Below, one piece after another: positions 33,839 through 44,117 of a stretch of DNA of 64,000 nucleotides. The notes under the pieces are model-generated. The model was not told the origin of the DNA. It saw nothing but the letters and a program-made list of their open reading frames with translations, and ran no database searches. Every line of letters starts with the position of its first letter. Positions within the stretch are counted from its first letter, which is position 1. Position numbers and translations under genes: made by a program. Source of the DNA: an uncultured Acidobacteriaceae bacterium (lineage in GTDB: Bacteria > Acidobacteriota > Terriglobia > Terriglobales > Acidobacteriaceae). The stretch covers positions 140,030 to 204,029 of the forward strand of contig CAWFUU010000017.1 in assembly GCA_963819035.1 (NCBI GenBank), written 5' to 3'.

Positions 33839-34861
33839 TTGACCGACTCAGTGATCGAGGTTCAGGGCAGGAATCTCAAGCTGTCGAATCTGGAGAAGAT
33901 CCTGTATCCCGCAGCGGGATTCACGAAGAAGGATGTCATCGATTATTACGTGCGCATAGCGCCGGCGATCATTCCGCAGTTGGCGGGACGGGCGCTGACG
34001 CGGAAGCGGTATCCGGATGGTGTGGAGGGGGAGCCGTTTTTCGAGAAGAACGCTCCCATGCACAAGCCGGAGTGGGTGAAGACGGCGCCGATCTGGAGCG
34101 GGCGCAACCGGCGCACAGTGAACTACATTCTGGCCGACGATCTGGCGACGCTGGTGTGGCTGGCCAATCTGGCTGCGCTGGAGTTGCATCCGTCGCTGGC
34201 GTTGGCGGAAGACATTACTTGTCCGACCGAGATGGTGTTCGACCTTGATCCGGGGCCGCCGGCAAATATTGTGCAGTGCTGCCAGGTGGGGCTGTGGCTC
34301 CGCGAGATCTTCGAGCACTTCGGGCTGCAGAGTTTTCCCAAGACTTCCGGGTCGAAGGGGCTACAGATCTATGTTCCGCTCAATACGTCGACGACTTACG
34401 AGGCGACCAAATTGTTTTCGCATGCGCTGGCGCAACTGCTGGAGCACGATCACAAAGAGCTGGTGTTGTCGGAGATGAGCAGACAGGCGCGTACGGGCAA
34501 AGTGTTCGTAGACTGGAGCCAGAATGACGAGCACAAAACTACGGTGGCGGTTTATTCGTTGCGGGCGCGGGAACGGCCTACGGTTTCGACTCCGGTGAAA
34601 TGGGAGGAAGTCGAGCGGGCGCTGAGGAAGAAGGATGCGGGACTGCTGGTGTTCGAGGCGGGGCAGGTGGTGAGCCGGTTTGAGAAGATGGGGGATCTGT
34701 TTGCTCCGGTGCTGGAATTGAAACAGAGACTGCCGGACTTGCGGAAGACTGGCGCCGCTGCGGAAGTGGCGGAGCCGATCGAGATCGCCGCGCAGGCGGA
34801 CGAAGATCATCCGGCGCCAAGTCGGCGGAAGCGACCAGGAAAGAAAGGCACTAACCACTAA
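33839..34861 (+). CDS. NHEJ DNA polymerase/primase, LigD polymerase domain (stand-alone)
   Basis: LKLSNLEKILYPAAGFTKKDVIDYY, FDLDPGP, KTSGSKGLQIYVPL and VFVDWSQN, the archaeo-eukaryotic primase motifs of LigD-Pol. TTG start. Confidence 0.85.
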   Translation: MTDSVIEVQGRNLKLSNLEKILYPAAGFTKKDVIDYYVRIAPAIIPQLAGRALTRKRYPDGVEGEPFFEKNAPMHKPEWVKTAPIWSGRNRRTVNYILADDLATLVWLANLAALELHPSLALAEDITCPTEMVFDLDPGPPANIVQCCQVGLWLREIFEHFGLQSFPKTSGSKGLQIYVPLNTSTTYEATKLFSHALAQLLEHDHKELVLSEMSRQARTGKVFVDWSQNDEHKTTVAVYSLRARERPTVSTPVKWEEVERALRKKDAGLLVFEAGQVVSRFEKMGDLFAPVLELKQRLPDLRKTGAAAEVAEPIEIAAQADEDHPAPSRRKRPGKKGTNH

Positions 34862-34890
34862 GGACACGAAGGTTCACGAAGGAAAACGCT

Positions 34891-35616
34891 ATGGCTCGGT
34901 TTTTTGCTGGAACTTCCGGATGGGCCTACCCTAGCTGGAAGCCGGACTTTTATCCGGCGAAGCTGGCGCAGAAGAAATTTCTGGGCCACTACGCCACACG
35001 GCTCAACACGGTTGAGGTGAATTTCACCTTTCGGCAGCTGGTCAAAGAAACTACGATTCAGAACTGGCTGGGCGAAACGCCTGCGCATTTTCGGTTTGGC
35101 ATCAAGGCGCACCAGATGATCACGCACATTAAGCGGTTGAAGGGGACGGAAGATTTTGTGCCGCGGTTCCTGGCGACGATCGAACCGCTGGCTGCGGCGG
35201 GGAAGCTGGGGCCGGTATTATTTCAGCTTCCGCCGAACCTGAAGGCGGATGCGGCGTTGCTGAAGGATTTTTTGGCGGTTGTTCCCCGGACCGTGCCGGC
35301 GGCGTTTGAATTCCGGCACGAGTCGTGGTTTAGCGAGGCGACCTGGGAATTGCTGAAGTCGAGCAACGCGGCGTTATGCGTGGCCGAGACCGAGACCCTG
35401 ACTACTCCCGATGTGGCGACGTCGGGCTTGGTCTACTACCGGTTCCGCAAGCCGAGTTATACGGGAGAAGAGCGGCGGTCGATGACGGAGCGGATCGGGG
35501 AGCACCTGTCGGCGGGACGCGATGTGTTTGCATACTTCAAACACGAGGAGACTCCCGAGGGAGCACTCTACGCGGTGGAACTGCTGCGGGAGCTGAGCGG
35601 TGCGGTGGGAGCATGA
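34891..35616 (+). CDS. DUF72 (YecE/UPF0759) family protein
   Basis: GTSGWAYPSWKPDFYPAKL...LNTVEVNFTFRQ...VLFQLPPNL. Confidence 0.85.
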   Translation: MARFFAGTSGWAYPSWKPDFYPAKLAQKKFLGHYATRLNTVEVNFTFRQLVKETTIQNWLGETPAHFRFGIKAHQMITHIKRLKGTEDFVPRFLATIEPLAAAGKLGPVLFQLPPNLKADAALLKDFLAVVPRTVPAAFEFRHESWFSEATWELLKSSNAALCVAETETLTTPDVATSGLVYYRFRKPSYTGEERRSMTERIGEHLSAGRDVFAYFKHEETPEGALYAVELLRELSGAVGA

Positions 35617-35693
35617 GTCGCTGGGCAGTCTCTCCGTTGCTCTGGGCCGTGACGACGCGGGTTCAGCAACCTGTCCAGAGATTCTGCTTGAAT

Positions 35694-36356
35694 CTACGAA
35701 CCGGGGGCGTTGCTCGTTCCAGGTCGACATAGCATCACGCCGACGATGACGAACCAGACGGCCTGACCGAGTACGACCAGGCCAAACCCGTGTACGTTGA
35801 GTCGCAAGTGGCCAGACAAGACCGCGATCACCGTGAGCGGACCCAAGATGCACCCGTAGACTCCCACGCCCCGAGCGAGGAGACCGTTGCGCAGGATGGC
35901 CACCGACCACAGTGTTAGGGCTGCTGATGAAGCCACGACAAACACCAGAGCAAAGGCCTGATTCAGAAAACCGTTATAGGTGAACAGTACGCTCCACAGA
36001 TTGGCGGTCTCGCTGGCGGGAGTTGCTGCCGCCATCTGCCGGGCCAGGCGCGGGGCGACGAGGCCGCTGAACGCGGCTGCGTTCATTGCTGCCACGCCCG
36101 CGAACCCGTACGCTACTACTGCGCAGAGTGAGAGCTTGTCGGGTGACGACAGCCGCCGCGACAATCCCAGTGTGCCCAGAAACATCACCGGGATGCTGGC
36201 CAACGCCAGCGTATGTACGGCGACTATCAGGCGCGCGATCCGGTCGAACTGTCCGGGCGTGAGGAGGTCGTGGCCGGTAGGATGGAGCGCCATCGTTATA
36301 ATCAAGCCGATTGATCCTGCGATCAGCGCCAGGCCGCTCTTGCGATCTTCTGTCAT
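35694..36356 (-). CDS. Integral membrane protein of unknown function, divergent from the TetR gene
   Basis: Start at ATG 36356 (MTEDRKSGLALIAGSIGLIITMALHP). About 6 hydrophobic helices. Confidence 0.6.
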   Translation of the reverse strand: MTEDRKSGLALIAGSIGLIITMALHPTGHDLLTPGQFDRIARLIVAVHTLALASIPVMFLGTLGLSRRLSSPDKLSLCAVVAYGFAGVAAMNAAAFSGLVAPRLARQMAAATPASETANLWSVLFTYNGFLNQAFALVFVVASSAALTLWSVAILRNGLLARGVGVYGCILGPLTVIAVLSGHLRLNVHGFGLVVLGQAVWFVIVGVMLCRPGTSNAPGS

Positions 36357-36438
36357 GTCCCGCACTGTAGGTGGAGACTTATCGGCGGTCAATGCGCATT
36401 TCGAGGAAACGTCGCGAATCCGAACAAAGAGGTGATTT

Positions 36439-37068
36439 ATGTCCGGAAAAGCAACCGCAACCACCGCACCGCGCAAGACTCGGAAGACCGATCGCCGTGT
36501 ACGCCGCACGCGAGATGTGCTCGGCGATGCGCTGGTGGAACTGATGCACGAGAAACGGTTCGAGGAAATCACGGTGCAGCAGGTGCTGGATCGCGCCGGG
36601 GTTAGCCGTTCGACTTTCTATGCGCACTATCGCGATAAGAATGACTTGTTCCTCGGCGACGTGGAAGACTTCTTTGAGATGATGGCAACCCATTTCACGC
36701 GGAGCGGCGAGGTTTCCAACAGGGTTGCTCCTGTGCGCGAACTATTCGCTCACATCGCCCAAGTGCGCGAGTTCTATGCCGCGCTGGTAGCATCGGGCAA
36801 GATCCACGACACGATGGAACTGGGAAAAGGCTATTTTGCGCGCTCTATCGAGCAACGTCTCTCCACGTTGTGTCCGGAGGACAAGGGTTCGTCTGAGCGC
36901 GCCGCTCTAGCCTATGCGCTCGCCGGGGCTTTGTGGTCGCTGTTGTCCTGGTGGATCGATCACGGCACAAAAGCCTCACCCGCGGAGATAGACGAGATCT
37001 ATCATCGGATGGTGTGGTCCGGAGTCAGTGCCGACGAAGCTGAAAAGAGGCTTTACCTCTGCCGCTAA
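36439..37068 (+). CDS. TetR/AcrR-family transcriptional regulator
   Basis: HTH block FEEITVQQVLDRAGVSRSTFYAHYRDKNDLF. Confidence 0.85.
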   Translation: MSGKATATTAPRKTRKTDRRVRRTRDVLGDALVELMHEKRFEEITVQQVLDRAGVSRSTFYAHYRDKNDLFLGDVEDFFEMMATHFTRSGEVSNRVAPVRELFAHIAQVREFYAALVASGKIHDTMELGKGYFARSIEQRLSTLCPEDKGSSERAALAYALAGALWSLLSWWIDHGTKASPAEIDEIYHRMVWSGVSADEAEKRLYLCR

Positions 37069-37075
37069 TTTCCCA

Positions 37076-38650
37076 TTACTTCGGCTTTTTCTTGCCGAAG
37101 AGGCCGGACAGCCCGCTCAGCGGATTCTGCTGGTTATTGCCTTGGCCCTTCAGCACTCCCTGCAACAGGCCGGTGGCCATCCCCTTCACGTCGGGAACGA
37201 ATTTGGGATCGGCGGTCGTGCCCTGAATCGCGAACGGGATAGCCAGTCCGCTCACGGCGGCGTTCATCTTGAACGCTAGTTCGTTGGCCGGACTCACAAC
37301 GCCCGCACCCGTCAGCACTCCAATCGAGGGAACCGTCAGATTGATGTTGTTGGCCTGAGTTCCCTCGGGTGCGACTCTCACGTCCGAACTGAAGTTCTTG
37401 ATCGTGGTGTCGTTGCCGGTTTGCTTTCCAGCGAGGGCCGTAATCGAGGAGAGTTTCGAACCGAGGTCAAAGTTGGCTAGCGCAGAATTCTCCAGGCGAA
37501 CGGTTCCGGTGGTTACCAGCTTGTCAACCGGCCCCACGATGTCCAGGGTCGTGTTCAGGTCGCCTCCCTTCAGGGTTGCCTTCGGAGGTAACACCACGCC
37601 GAGTGCTGGCAACATCGCTTCCAGATCGTCGACGGGCATGCCTTGCCCGTTCAACTTCATGTTGACCACAGTGACTTTGCCATGCGCGTCGTACGTCCCG
37701 GTAAGATGGGCCACCGCTTTGCCCATGGCAACGTCGCCCTGCGTAAGCCTTCCTTCCTCCTTGGCCAGATTGTGGACCACGGCATAGGTCAGGTCTACCG
37801 GCTTGCCCGCTGGAGAGCCCTTCTGAACCACCTTCAATTCCGTGGCTTTCAGGGTGCCGTTGGTTTTGGCTTCGCGTCCGTCGGAGGTGAGGGTCTCGTT
37901 CAGATCGGCGATCCCAGAGATACCGGTCGCTGGATCGATGAAGCCGGACTCGGCGAGGTTCAAGTGCTGGACCGAAACTTTGGCTTGCAACGGAGTGAGC
38001 GCCGCATTGTTGTCGTCGATGGGCCCGGCCTTGCCGTCGAGCTTAAGGGTTCCGCCCGCCGGCAGATCCGCTGTCACGCTGAAAGGGAAAGACGACGCGA
38101 ACGAGAACTTCGTTACTACGATATTAACCTTGTCATAAACGTGCGGCTTCTCGCCCGCGCGCGAGACCGTCAGCCGTCCGTCCTTTACGGTCAACTTCGC
38201 CACGGTGAGATTCGGATTGGACTGCGGCTCTGATTTCTTCTCGGGCGCCGCCGTATTCTTGCCACCCAAGCTGGAGAAATTCCACTTTTGTCCGTTCTCT
38301 GATTTCACCAGTGCGATTTCCGGTTGGTTCAATGTCAGCTCAGTGACATTGAGGACCTTCGAAAAAATCAATGGCATCAGCTCCACGCCGACCTTGAGCG
38401 ACTTCGCCTGCACGAACGGCGACTTGCTGAACTCCGGGTCGTCGGCGATCGAAATGTTGTCCGCCGACACCGCGCCCGAAAGCAGCGCTAGCGTCAAATT
38501 TCCGACTTTGACTTCACGCCCAAGGGCGCCCGTCAACTCGGATTCAAGTTTCGGCCGGAAGGTGTTGGCATCGATGAAGAAGGGCACCGCGATCACGATG
38601 ACAATCAGCACTCCAACGATAATGGCCAGGATTTTTAGAATGCGCTTCAT
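37076..38650 (-). CDS. AsmA-family outer-membrane biogenesis protein
   Basis: MKRILKILAIIVGVLIVIVIAVPFFIDANTFRPKLESELTGALGREVKVGNL, the typical AsmA N-terminus. Confidence 0.8.
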   Translation of the reverse strand: MKRILKILAIIVGVLIVIVIAVPFFIDANTFRPKLESELTGALGREVKVGNLTLALLSGAVSADNISIADDPEFSKSPFVQAKSLKVGVELMPLIFSKVLNVTELTLNQPEIALVKSENGQKWNFSSLGGKNTAAPEKKSEPQSNPNLTVAKLTVKDGRLTVSRAGEKPHVYDKVNIVVTKFSFASSFPFSVTADLPAGGTLKLDGKAGPIDDNNAALTPLQAKVSVQHLNLAESGFIDPATGISGIADLNETLTSDGREAKTNGTLKATELKVVQKGSPAGKPVDLTYAVVHNLAKEEGRLTQGDVAMGKAVAHLTGTYDAHGKVTVVNMKLNGQGMPVDDLEAMLPALGVVLPPKATLKGGDLNTTLDIVGPVDKLVTTGTVRLENSALANFDLGSKLSSITALAGKQTGNDTTIKNFSSDVRVAPEGTQANNINLTVPSIGVLTGAGVVSPANELAFKMNAAVSGLAIPFAIQGTTADPKFVPDVKGMATGLLQGVLKGQGNNQQNPLSGLSGLFGKKKPK

Positions 38651-38980
38651 GATTTGAACCTCCTGCTGGAAAATTGTGAAACTCGCGCTCGGGTGAGAGA
38701 AAGTGCTGGAGGCGCAAGTGTATCACTGCGCGTCCTCGAGCAGTTCGGGCGATGGCAGGGCTTCCGTTCTTGCCTGTTCCCGGCGATCATTCGCGATCCG
38801 TTTTCGACCGGTTTCGATGCTTCCAGCCCAGCCTGCCACGTGAATGCCTTGATCGGCGCCGCCGCCCGAAGCAGCCAGACAACACAGTCCCGTGTGATCC
38901 GAGCGCTTGACACTGATTCCACTCTCTGCTGTAGTGTCCGCCAGCGGTCGCACTTAATTCAAGCGATCGCGTTTCCGGCG

Positions 38981-40027
38981 ATGGTGACCATACGTGATGT
39001 GGCGAAGGAAAGCGGCTTCTCTTCGACCACCGTGTCGATCGTGCTGAACAACGCACCGCTGGCACGCTACATTCCTGCCGTCACCAAGAAGCGCATCGAG
39101 CGCGCGGCGCAGAAACTCGGCTACCGGCCCAACCAGTTCGCCCGCTCCCTGCGCAGCAAGCGCAGCCACACCGTAGGGGTCATGGTCTTCGACATGACAG
39201 ATCCGTACTGCACGCTGGTGCTGCGCGGCATCGAAAACACTCTGTACCAGTCGTCGTATCTTCCCATCCTCACTGACGTGCACAACGAACGCGGGCGTTT
39301 CGAGCGCTACCTCGAAATGCTCCTCGACCGCCGGATCGAAGCCCTCATTGTGCTGGCCAACTGGCTCTTCCTCGACATTAACTTGCTGGGCGACCTCGAG
39401 AAAAATAGCATCCCGACCGCCATGATCGGGTTCGAGTTGAAGACCGATTCCATCAGTTCGGTCATTGTCGACAACGAAGTTGGAGGCCACCTCGCCCTCG
39501 AACATCTGTATTCCCTCGGCCACCGCAAGATTGCCTTCATTCGGGGGCCAAAGGCCCTCACCGATACTTCGCCGCGCTGGCGCGGCATCCGCAATTGCGC
39601 CAAGTCGGTCGGACTCGAACTTGATCCTCGCATGATTATGGAACTGCCGGAATCCCGGGACCCCACCTCGAGCTTTGAAGCGGGTCACAAGCTGACCGAA
39701 GAGTTGATCAAACAGAAGCGTTCCTTCACCGCGCTTCTGGCGTTCGACGACATGAGTGCGTTCGGGGCCATCCACGCCCTCTCGAAGGCGGGCATTCGTG
39801 TTCCCGACCAGTGCTCGGTGATCGGCTTCGACGATGTCGCCGCTTCGGCGCTCTATACCCCCTCGCTGACCACGGTTCGCCAGCCCATGGAATCGATGGG
39901 AGCCTCCGCCGTCGGCATTGTGGTCGACGGCATCAATGCCGTTCTCGAAAAACGAGAGTTCGGCGCCACGCATCGCAAAGTTGCTCCTGAGCTGGTTGTT
40001 CGCGAATCGACGCGCAGCCTGCTGTAG
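38981..40027 (+). CDS. LacI-family transcriptional regulator
   Basis: Start at ATG 38981 (MVTIRDVAKESGFSSTTVSIVLNN HTH), with a periplasmic-binding-like C-terminal domain. Confidence 0.85.
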   Translation: MVTIRDVAKESGFSSTTVSIVLNNAPLARYIPAVTKKRIERAAQKLGYRPNQFARSLRSKRSHTVGVMVFDMTDPYCTLVLRGIENTLYQSSYLPILTDVHNERGRFERYLEMLLDRRIEALIVLANWLFLDINLLGDLEKNSIPTAMIGFELKTDSISSVIVDNEVGGHLALEHLYSLGHRKIAFIRGPKALTDTSPRWRGIRNCAKSVGLELDPRMIMELPESRDPTSSFEAGHKLTEELIKQKRSFTALLAFDDMSAFGAIHALSKAGIRVPDQCSVIGFDDVAASALYTPSLTTVRQPMESMGASAVGIVVDGINAVLEKREFGATHRKVAPELVVRESTRSLL

Positions 40028-40307
40028 GGGTGGCATTGTTTTTTCGATGGGGTAAATCCGATTTTTCCCCGCCCAAGTCCGCTCTCGCAAGGGTCGGATC
40101 GCGCTTTTTTCTTGACAGTCGATGCCTTCCAAAGCCACTATTCATACGATTTAATAGTCAGTCTCGGAGTTTGAATCGGCTAACGCGTTCGTGTGCGAAA
40201 CGACGCGCTGAGCCAGGAGGCTCGGAGAAAACGGGCAAGCTAACTGCAGGCGGGCGGAGTAAGCCCGCGCTTAAGGGGATAACGCGATCATGAACAGAGG
40301 AAATGCA

Positions 40308-43300
40308 ATGGTCAGGACAGTGCGGAACTTTCTTTCGGTTGGTTTCTTTGCCTCATCGCGGCTTCTGTCGCGCTTGCCCAGGCCGGCAGGGGCAGTATCA
40401 GCGGCCTGGTCACCGATCCAGGCGGTGCGCTAGTTTCCGGGCGCCCAGATCGTGCTGGCGAGTCCCGCAACCGGAGTGACCCAGCACACCGTAACCAGCG
40501 GCGCGGGACTCTACACCTTCATCTCCCTCAATCCCGGCGTCTATCAGGTCACCGCCAGCCAGACGGGCTTTAAAACCATCGCCCAGGACAAAATTACGGT
40601 CAACGTCGACCAAGTCACCGAGGTCAACATTACTCTGCAAGTCGGGGCTGCCACCGAAAAGGTCATCGTCACCGAAACCGCCGCTTTGGTCGAAGCCACC
40701 AACTCCACGGTTGGCTCCCTGATTCCGGCCGAGGCCATTGATCGCGTCCCGTTACTGTATCGCAACGTTTTCGATCTCATTCAATTAAGCGCGGGTGTGA
40801 TTGCGGTCAATGGTTCGCCCAATTCGAGCGATTCCATGCAGTCCGTGCAGAACATTTCAAACGGGCGCCCGGGAGTGGACGTCTCCGCCGATACCATCAA
40901 CGGCTCGCTTGTGGGATCGGTTTATTACATGCTCGATGGCGCCCCCATCGGAATTGCAGAAAACAACTCCGCCGCCATCATCCCGGCGATGAATATTCCC
41001 GAAGATGGAGTTGAGGAGGTTCGAGTTGAGACCCAGAATACGGCCGCGTCATACCAGAGCGGCGGCGGCGGCGTCATCAGCCTGGTGAGCAAGTCTGGCA
41101 CCAACAAGTTTCATGGCGACGCGTTTGGGGTCTTCCGGCCCGATGTCCTGTCCGCCAACGACTATTTCAATAAGAACACTCAATTATCCCAGGGCCTGAA
41201 GAACACACCTCCGTCTTTCCACCGTTATCAGGAGGGTGGCGCCATTGGGGGACCTATTAAGCGCGATAAGATTTTCTTCTTTGGGGATTACGAGGACACG
41301 CAACAGACGCAATTCGAAGGCCTCGATACCTTTACCGTCCCTACCAGTGCTGAGAAGACCGGAGACTTCTCGGCCTTTCTCGCTGCGGGTGGTCAAGGTG
41401 CTATCTACGACCCGACTCAGCCCGACGTTAACGCAGGGGCTTGTGCTCCCAATTGCTTCAGGCAACAATTTCCCGGGAACAAAATCACCAACCCCAACCC
41501 CATCGGCTTGCTCTTTCTGGCGAACATGCCACACTGCAACATTCCTGACCCCACCAGCTGTGATCAGGCAACCAGTGACGTCGCAAATAATTTCGGGTTA
41601 CCCGGCCTGGATCCGTTTAAGGCACACAGGTTCGACGTCCGGGTGGATTGGAACGCAAGCGAGAAGCAGCGCCTCTTTACCAGGTTTTCCTATGACCACT
41701 TGTTCTTTACCCAGGCCAACGTGTTCCCCGCTCCCGGGTGGGACCCTAACTATGCCCAGAACCTTACCAACGGGCGCAACGTCCTGGTGGCGGACGACCT
41801 TACCCTCAATTCTTCCACCGTGCTGAATCTGCGCTACTCCTTTACTCGCCACCACGAGCAACAGCAAGGGCAGCCATCATACGGCAGCGTTGACATTACG
41901 AAGCTCGGCTTTCCCGCCTCGCTGGCCGCGGAGCAGGTCGTCAAGCAACTCCCCATCATGGTTTTCAATGACCTGACTGGTTCGAGTCAGGAAGGGGTCG
42001 GCGGCACTGCCAACTACAATCTGTTCTTCTATGCCAGCATGAACAGCGACGCCAGCGCCACCGTCAACAAGGTGCACGGCAAGCACGAACTCTCGTTCGG
42101 CTTCGAGTGGATGAAGCGCTATCTCAACGTTACCCAGCCGCCTGCGCCCGCGGGCGTGTACGGTTTCGACTTCACCGGAACCGAACGGTCACTGAACGAT
42201 CAAACTCCTGTTGGGGGCAGCGATTTCGCCTCCATCCTGGTCGGGATGGGGATGGCCCCCGGCACCGAAGGGAATACTGGTTACCCCAATTTCACCAAGG
42301 ATGTCAAAGTAGCCGAATCCAACCCCTACTATGCGGCCTTCGTGGAAGATACCTTCCATTTTTCGAAATCTCTAACGATCACCGCCGGCCTGCGCTGGGA
42401 CATCTTCGGAGGGCGCAACGAGCGTTTCAACCGCCTGGAATACTTCGATCCTCGTGCCAGCGGCAGCTTAAACAACGTTCCATTTACCGGTGCGGAGATC
42501 TACGCTAGCGGCAGCCATCGCTCTCCGTTCACAACGAACATGCACGACTTCGGGCCGCGCCTGGCATTCGCCTGGCAGCCCGTTCAGCACTTTGTCGTGC
42601 GCGGTGGTGCAGGCATCTATTATGGCCCCAGCCTGCACAACGTCGCCAGCGCCGGCAATGACACCGATGGGTACTCTACGTCAACGACCTGGAACGCCAC
42701 TTGCCTTAACGCGGACCTCATCAACACAACTTTTAATGGCACCTCGTTATGTGGCGGGGCTGCGGCTGGAAGTCCAGCACCCAGCTTCACTGGTATCTAT
42801 TCGTTAAGCAATCCTTTTCCGCTGCCTACCAGCATCGTTCAACCGATCAGTTCGCCTTCGGGCCTCACCAATAACTTCGGAGTTCAGTTGAGTTCGGTGC
42901 TCCACTCCCAGCGCACACCCACCACCTACAATTTCAACTTGGGCTTAGAGTATGAGCTGCCGCATCAGGTCATCGTGAGCGTCGGCTACATTGGGAGCCG
43001 AGGACTTTTCTTGCCCCTTTCCAGTGTCGATTTGAACCAACTTGATCTCGGCACGATCCAGAAATATGGCGCCTCGTTGTGTGTCGTGCCAGCGGCGAGC
43101 TGCATGCTGCCCAACACTGGGCCGGTGAGCCTCAACTCCAACTTCAGCGGTCCAGTTCCCCTGTGGGCGACGCTCCAGCCATTCCCGCAGTTCGGTAATG
43201 GCGGCTACGATGGGTCCAGCGGCTTCAATGGCGGCAACGGCGTTCTCGTGAATGGCTACCCCGGAGGAGACTCGGAGTACAGTTCCCTGCAAACCAAGGT

Positions 43301-44015
43301 GCAGAAGAGGCTGACCGGTCACTTCACCACGCTTGCCACCTTCACCTGGGGGAAGTTGATGACCGATGATGGGCACCCTCCTCTGGGGTTTGTCGGTACT
43401 CACGCAACCGTCGTCCAGGACTGGAGAAACCTGCGCTACGAACACGCAATAGCTCCCCAGGACGTCAAGTACTCGTTCACCGGGCAGGCATCCTATGACC
43501 TGCCGATTGGCAAGGGCCAGGCTGTGAATCTGAATGGCTTTGCGAACGCCGTTGCGGGCGGCTGGACGCTGAATGGCATACTCTACCTCGGCACAGGCGT
43601 CCCGATCGCTTCACCGGTCATAGAAGCGCCTACCGGTTCTTATTTCAATCAGCGGGCCGACCTGGTCTGTAATCCCTCGAGCGGATTCCAAAGGTCTGCC
43701 AGCCAGTGGGTCAACAACAGCTGCTTCGCCTTTCCCGCCAGCCCCTTCGTTCCCGGGACTGCGCCCGCTTATCTGGATCACGTTCGGACCCAGGGAGCGC
43801 GCAACTTCGACATGTCCATTTACAAGACGTTCAAGATCAAGGAAGCCATGGCGCTTCGCTTCGACGTCTCGGCTTACAACTTGAGCAACACACGGCAGTT
43901 TGCAGCCCCGAGCAGGCAAAGCATGACATCGACTAGCGGGGCGCCATACGGCGCGATCACACAAACGATCAACACTCCGCGCCAGTTCCAGTTTGGCGCG
44001 CGGTTTAACTTCTAA
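40308..44015 (+). CDS. TonB-dependent receptor with CarboxypepD_reg-like N-terminal domain; two frame breaks in the first 150 nt
   Basis: Intact ORF 40452-44015 (plug, large barrel, C-terminal FGARFNF). The signal peptide and start of the Cna-like domain are split. Frame 0 gives MVRTVRNF. The next frame gives LSFGWFLCLIAASVALAQAGRGSISGLVTDPGGALVS. Frame 0 then resumes with GAQIVLASPATG. Confidence 0.75.
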
Positions 44016-44037
44016 ACGGAATTACTGCGGTAAGAAG

Positions 44038-44071
44038 AAACCCGGCCTCGCTAGAGACCGGGTTTCGTTTT
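44038..44071 (+). terminator. Rho-independent terminator after the TonB-dependent receptor
   Basis: aaacccggcctcgctagagaccgggttt followed by cgtttt. Confidence 0.75.
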
Positions 44072-44117
44072 GGACTCCTGTCCTGGAACAACGCAGTAGG
44101 CTTATCCTGGCTCGCAG

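Noticed and set aside
40113-40118. TTGACA hexamer upstream of the TonB-dependent receptor
   Set aside because: No convincing -10 element at the proper spacing, and promoter consensus for this lineage is uncertain.
38954-40138. 394-aa minus-strand ORF. The same applies to 29540-30805, 46812-48044, 55859-56944, 57129-58256, 58413-59612, 5122-6048 and 8471-9580.
   Set aside because: All are antisense to confidently identified genes and lack motifs. They are high-GC shadow ORFs.
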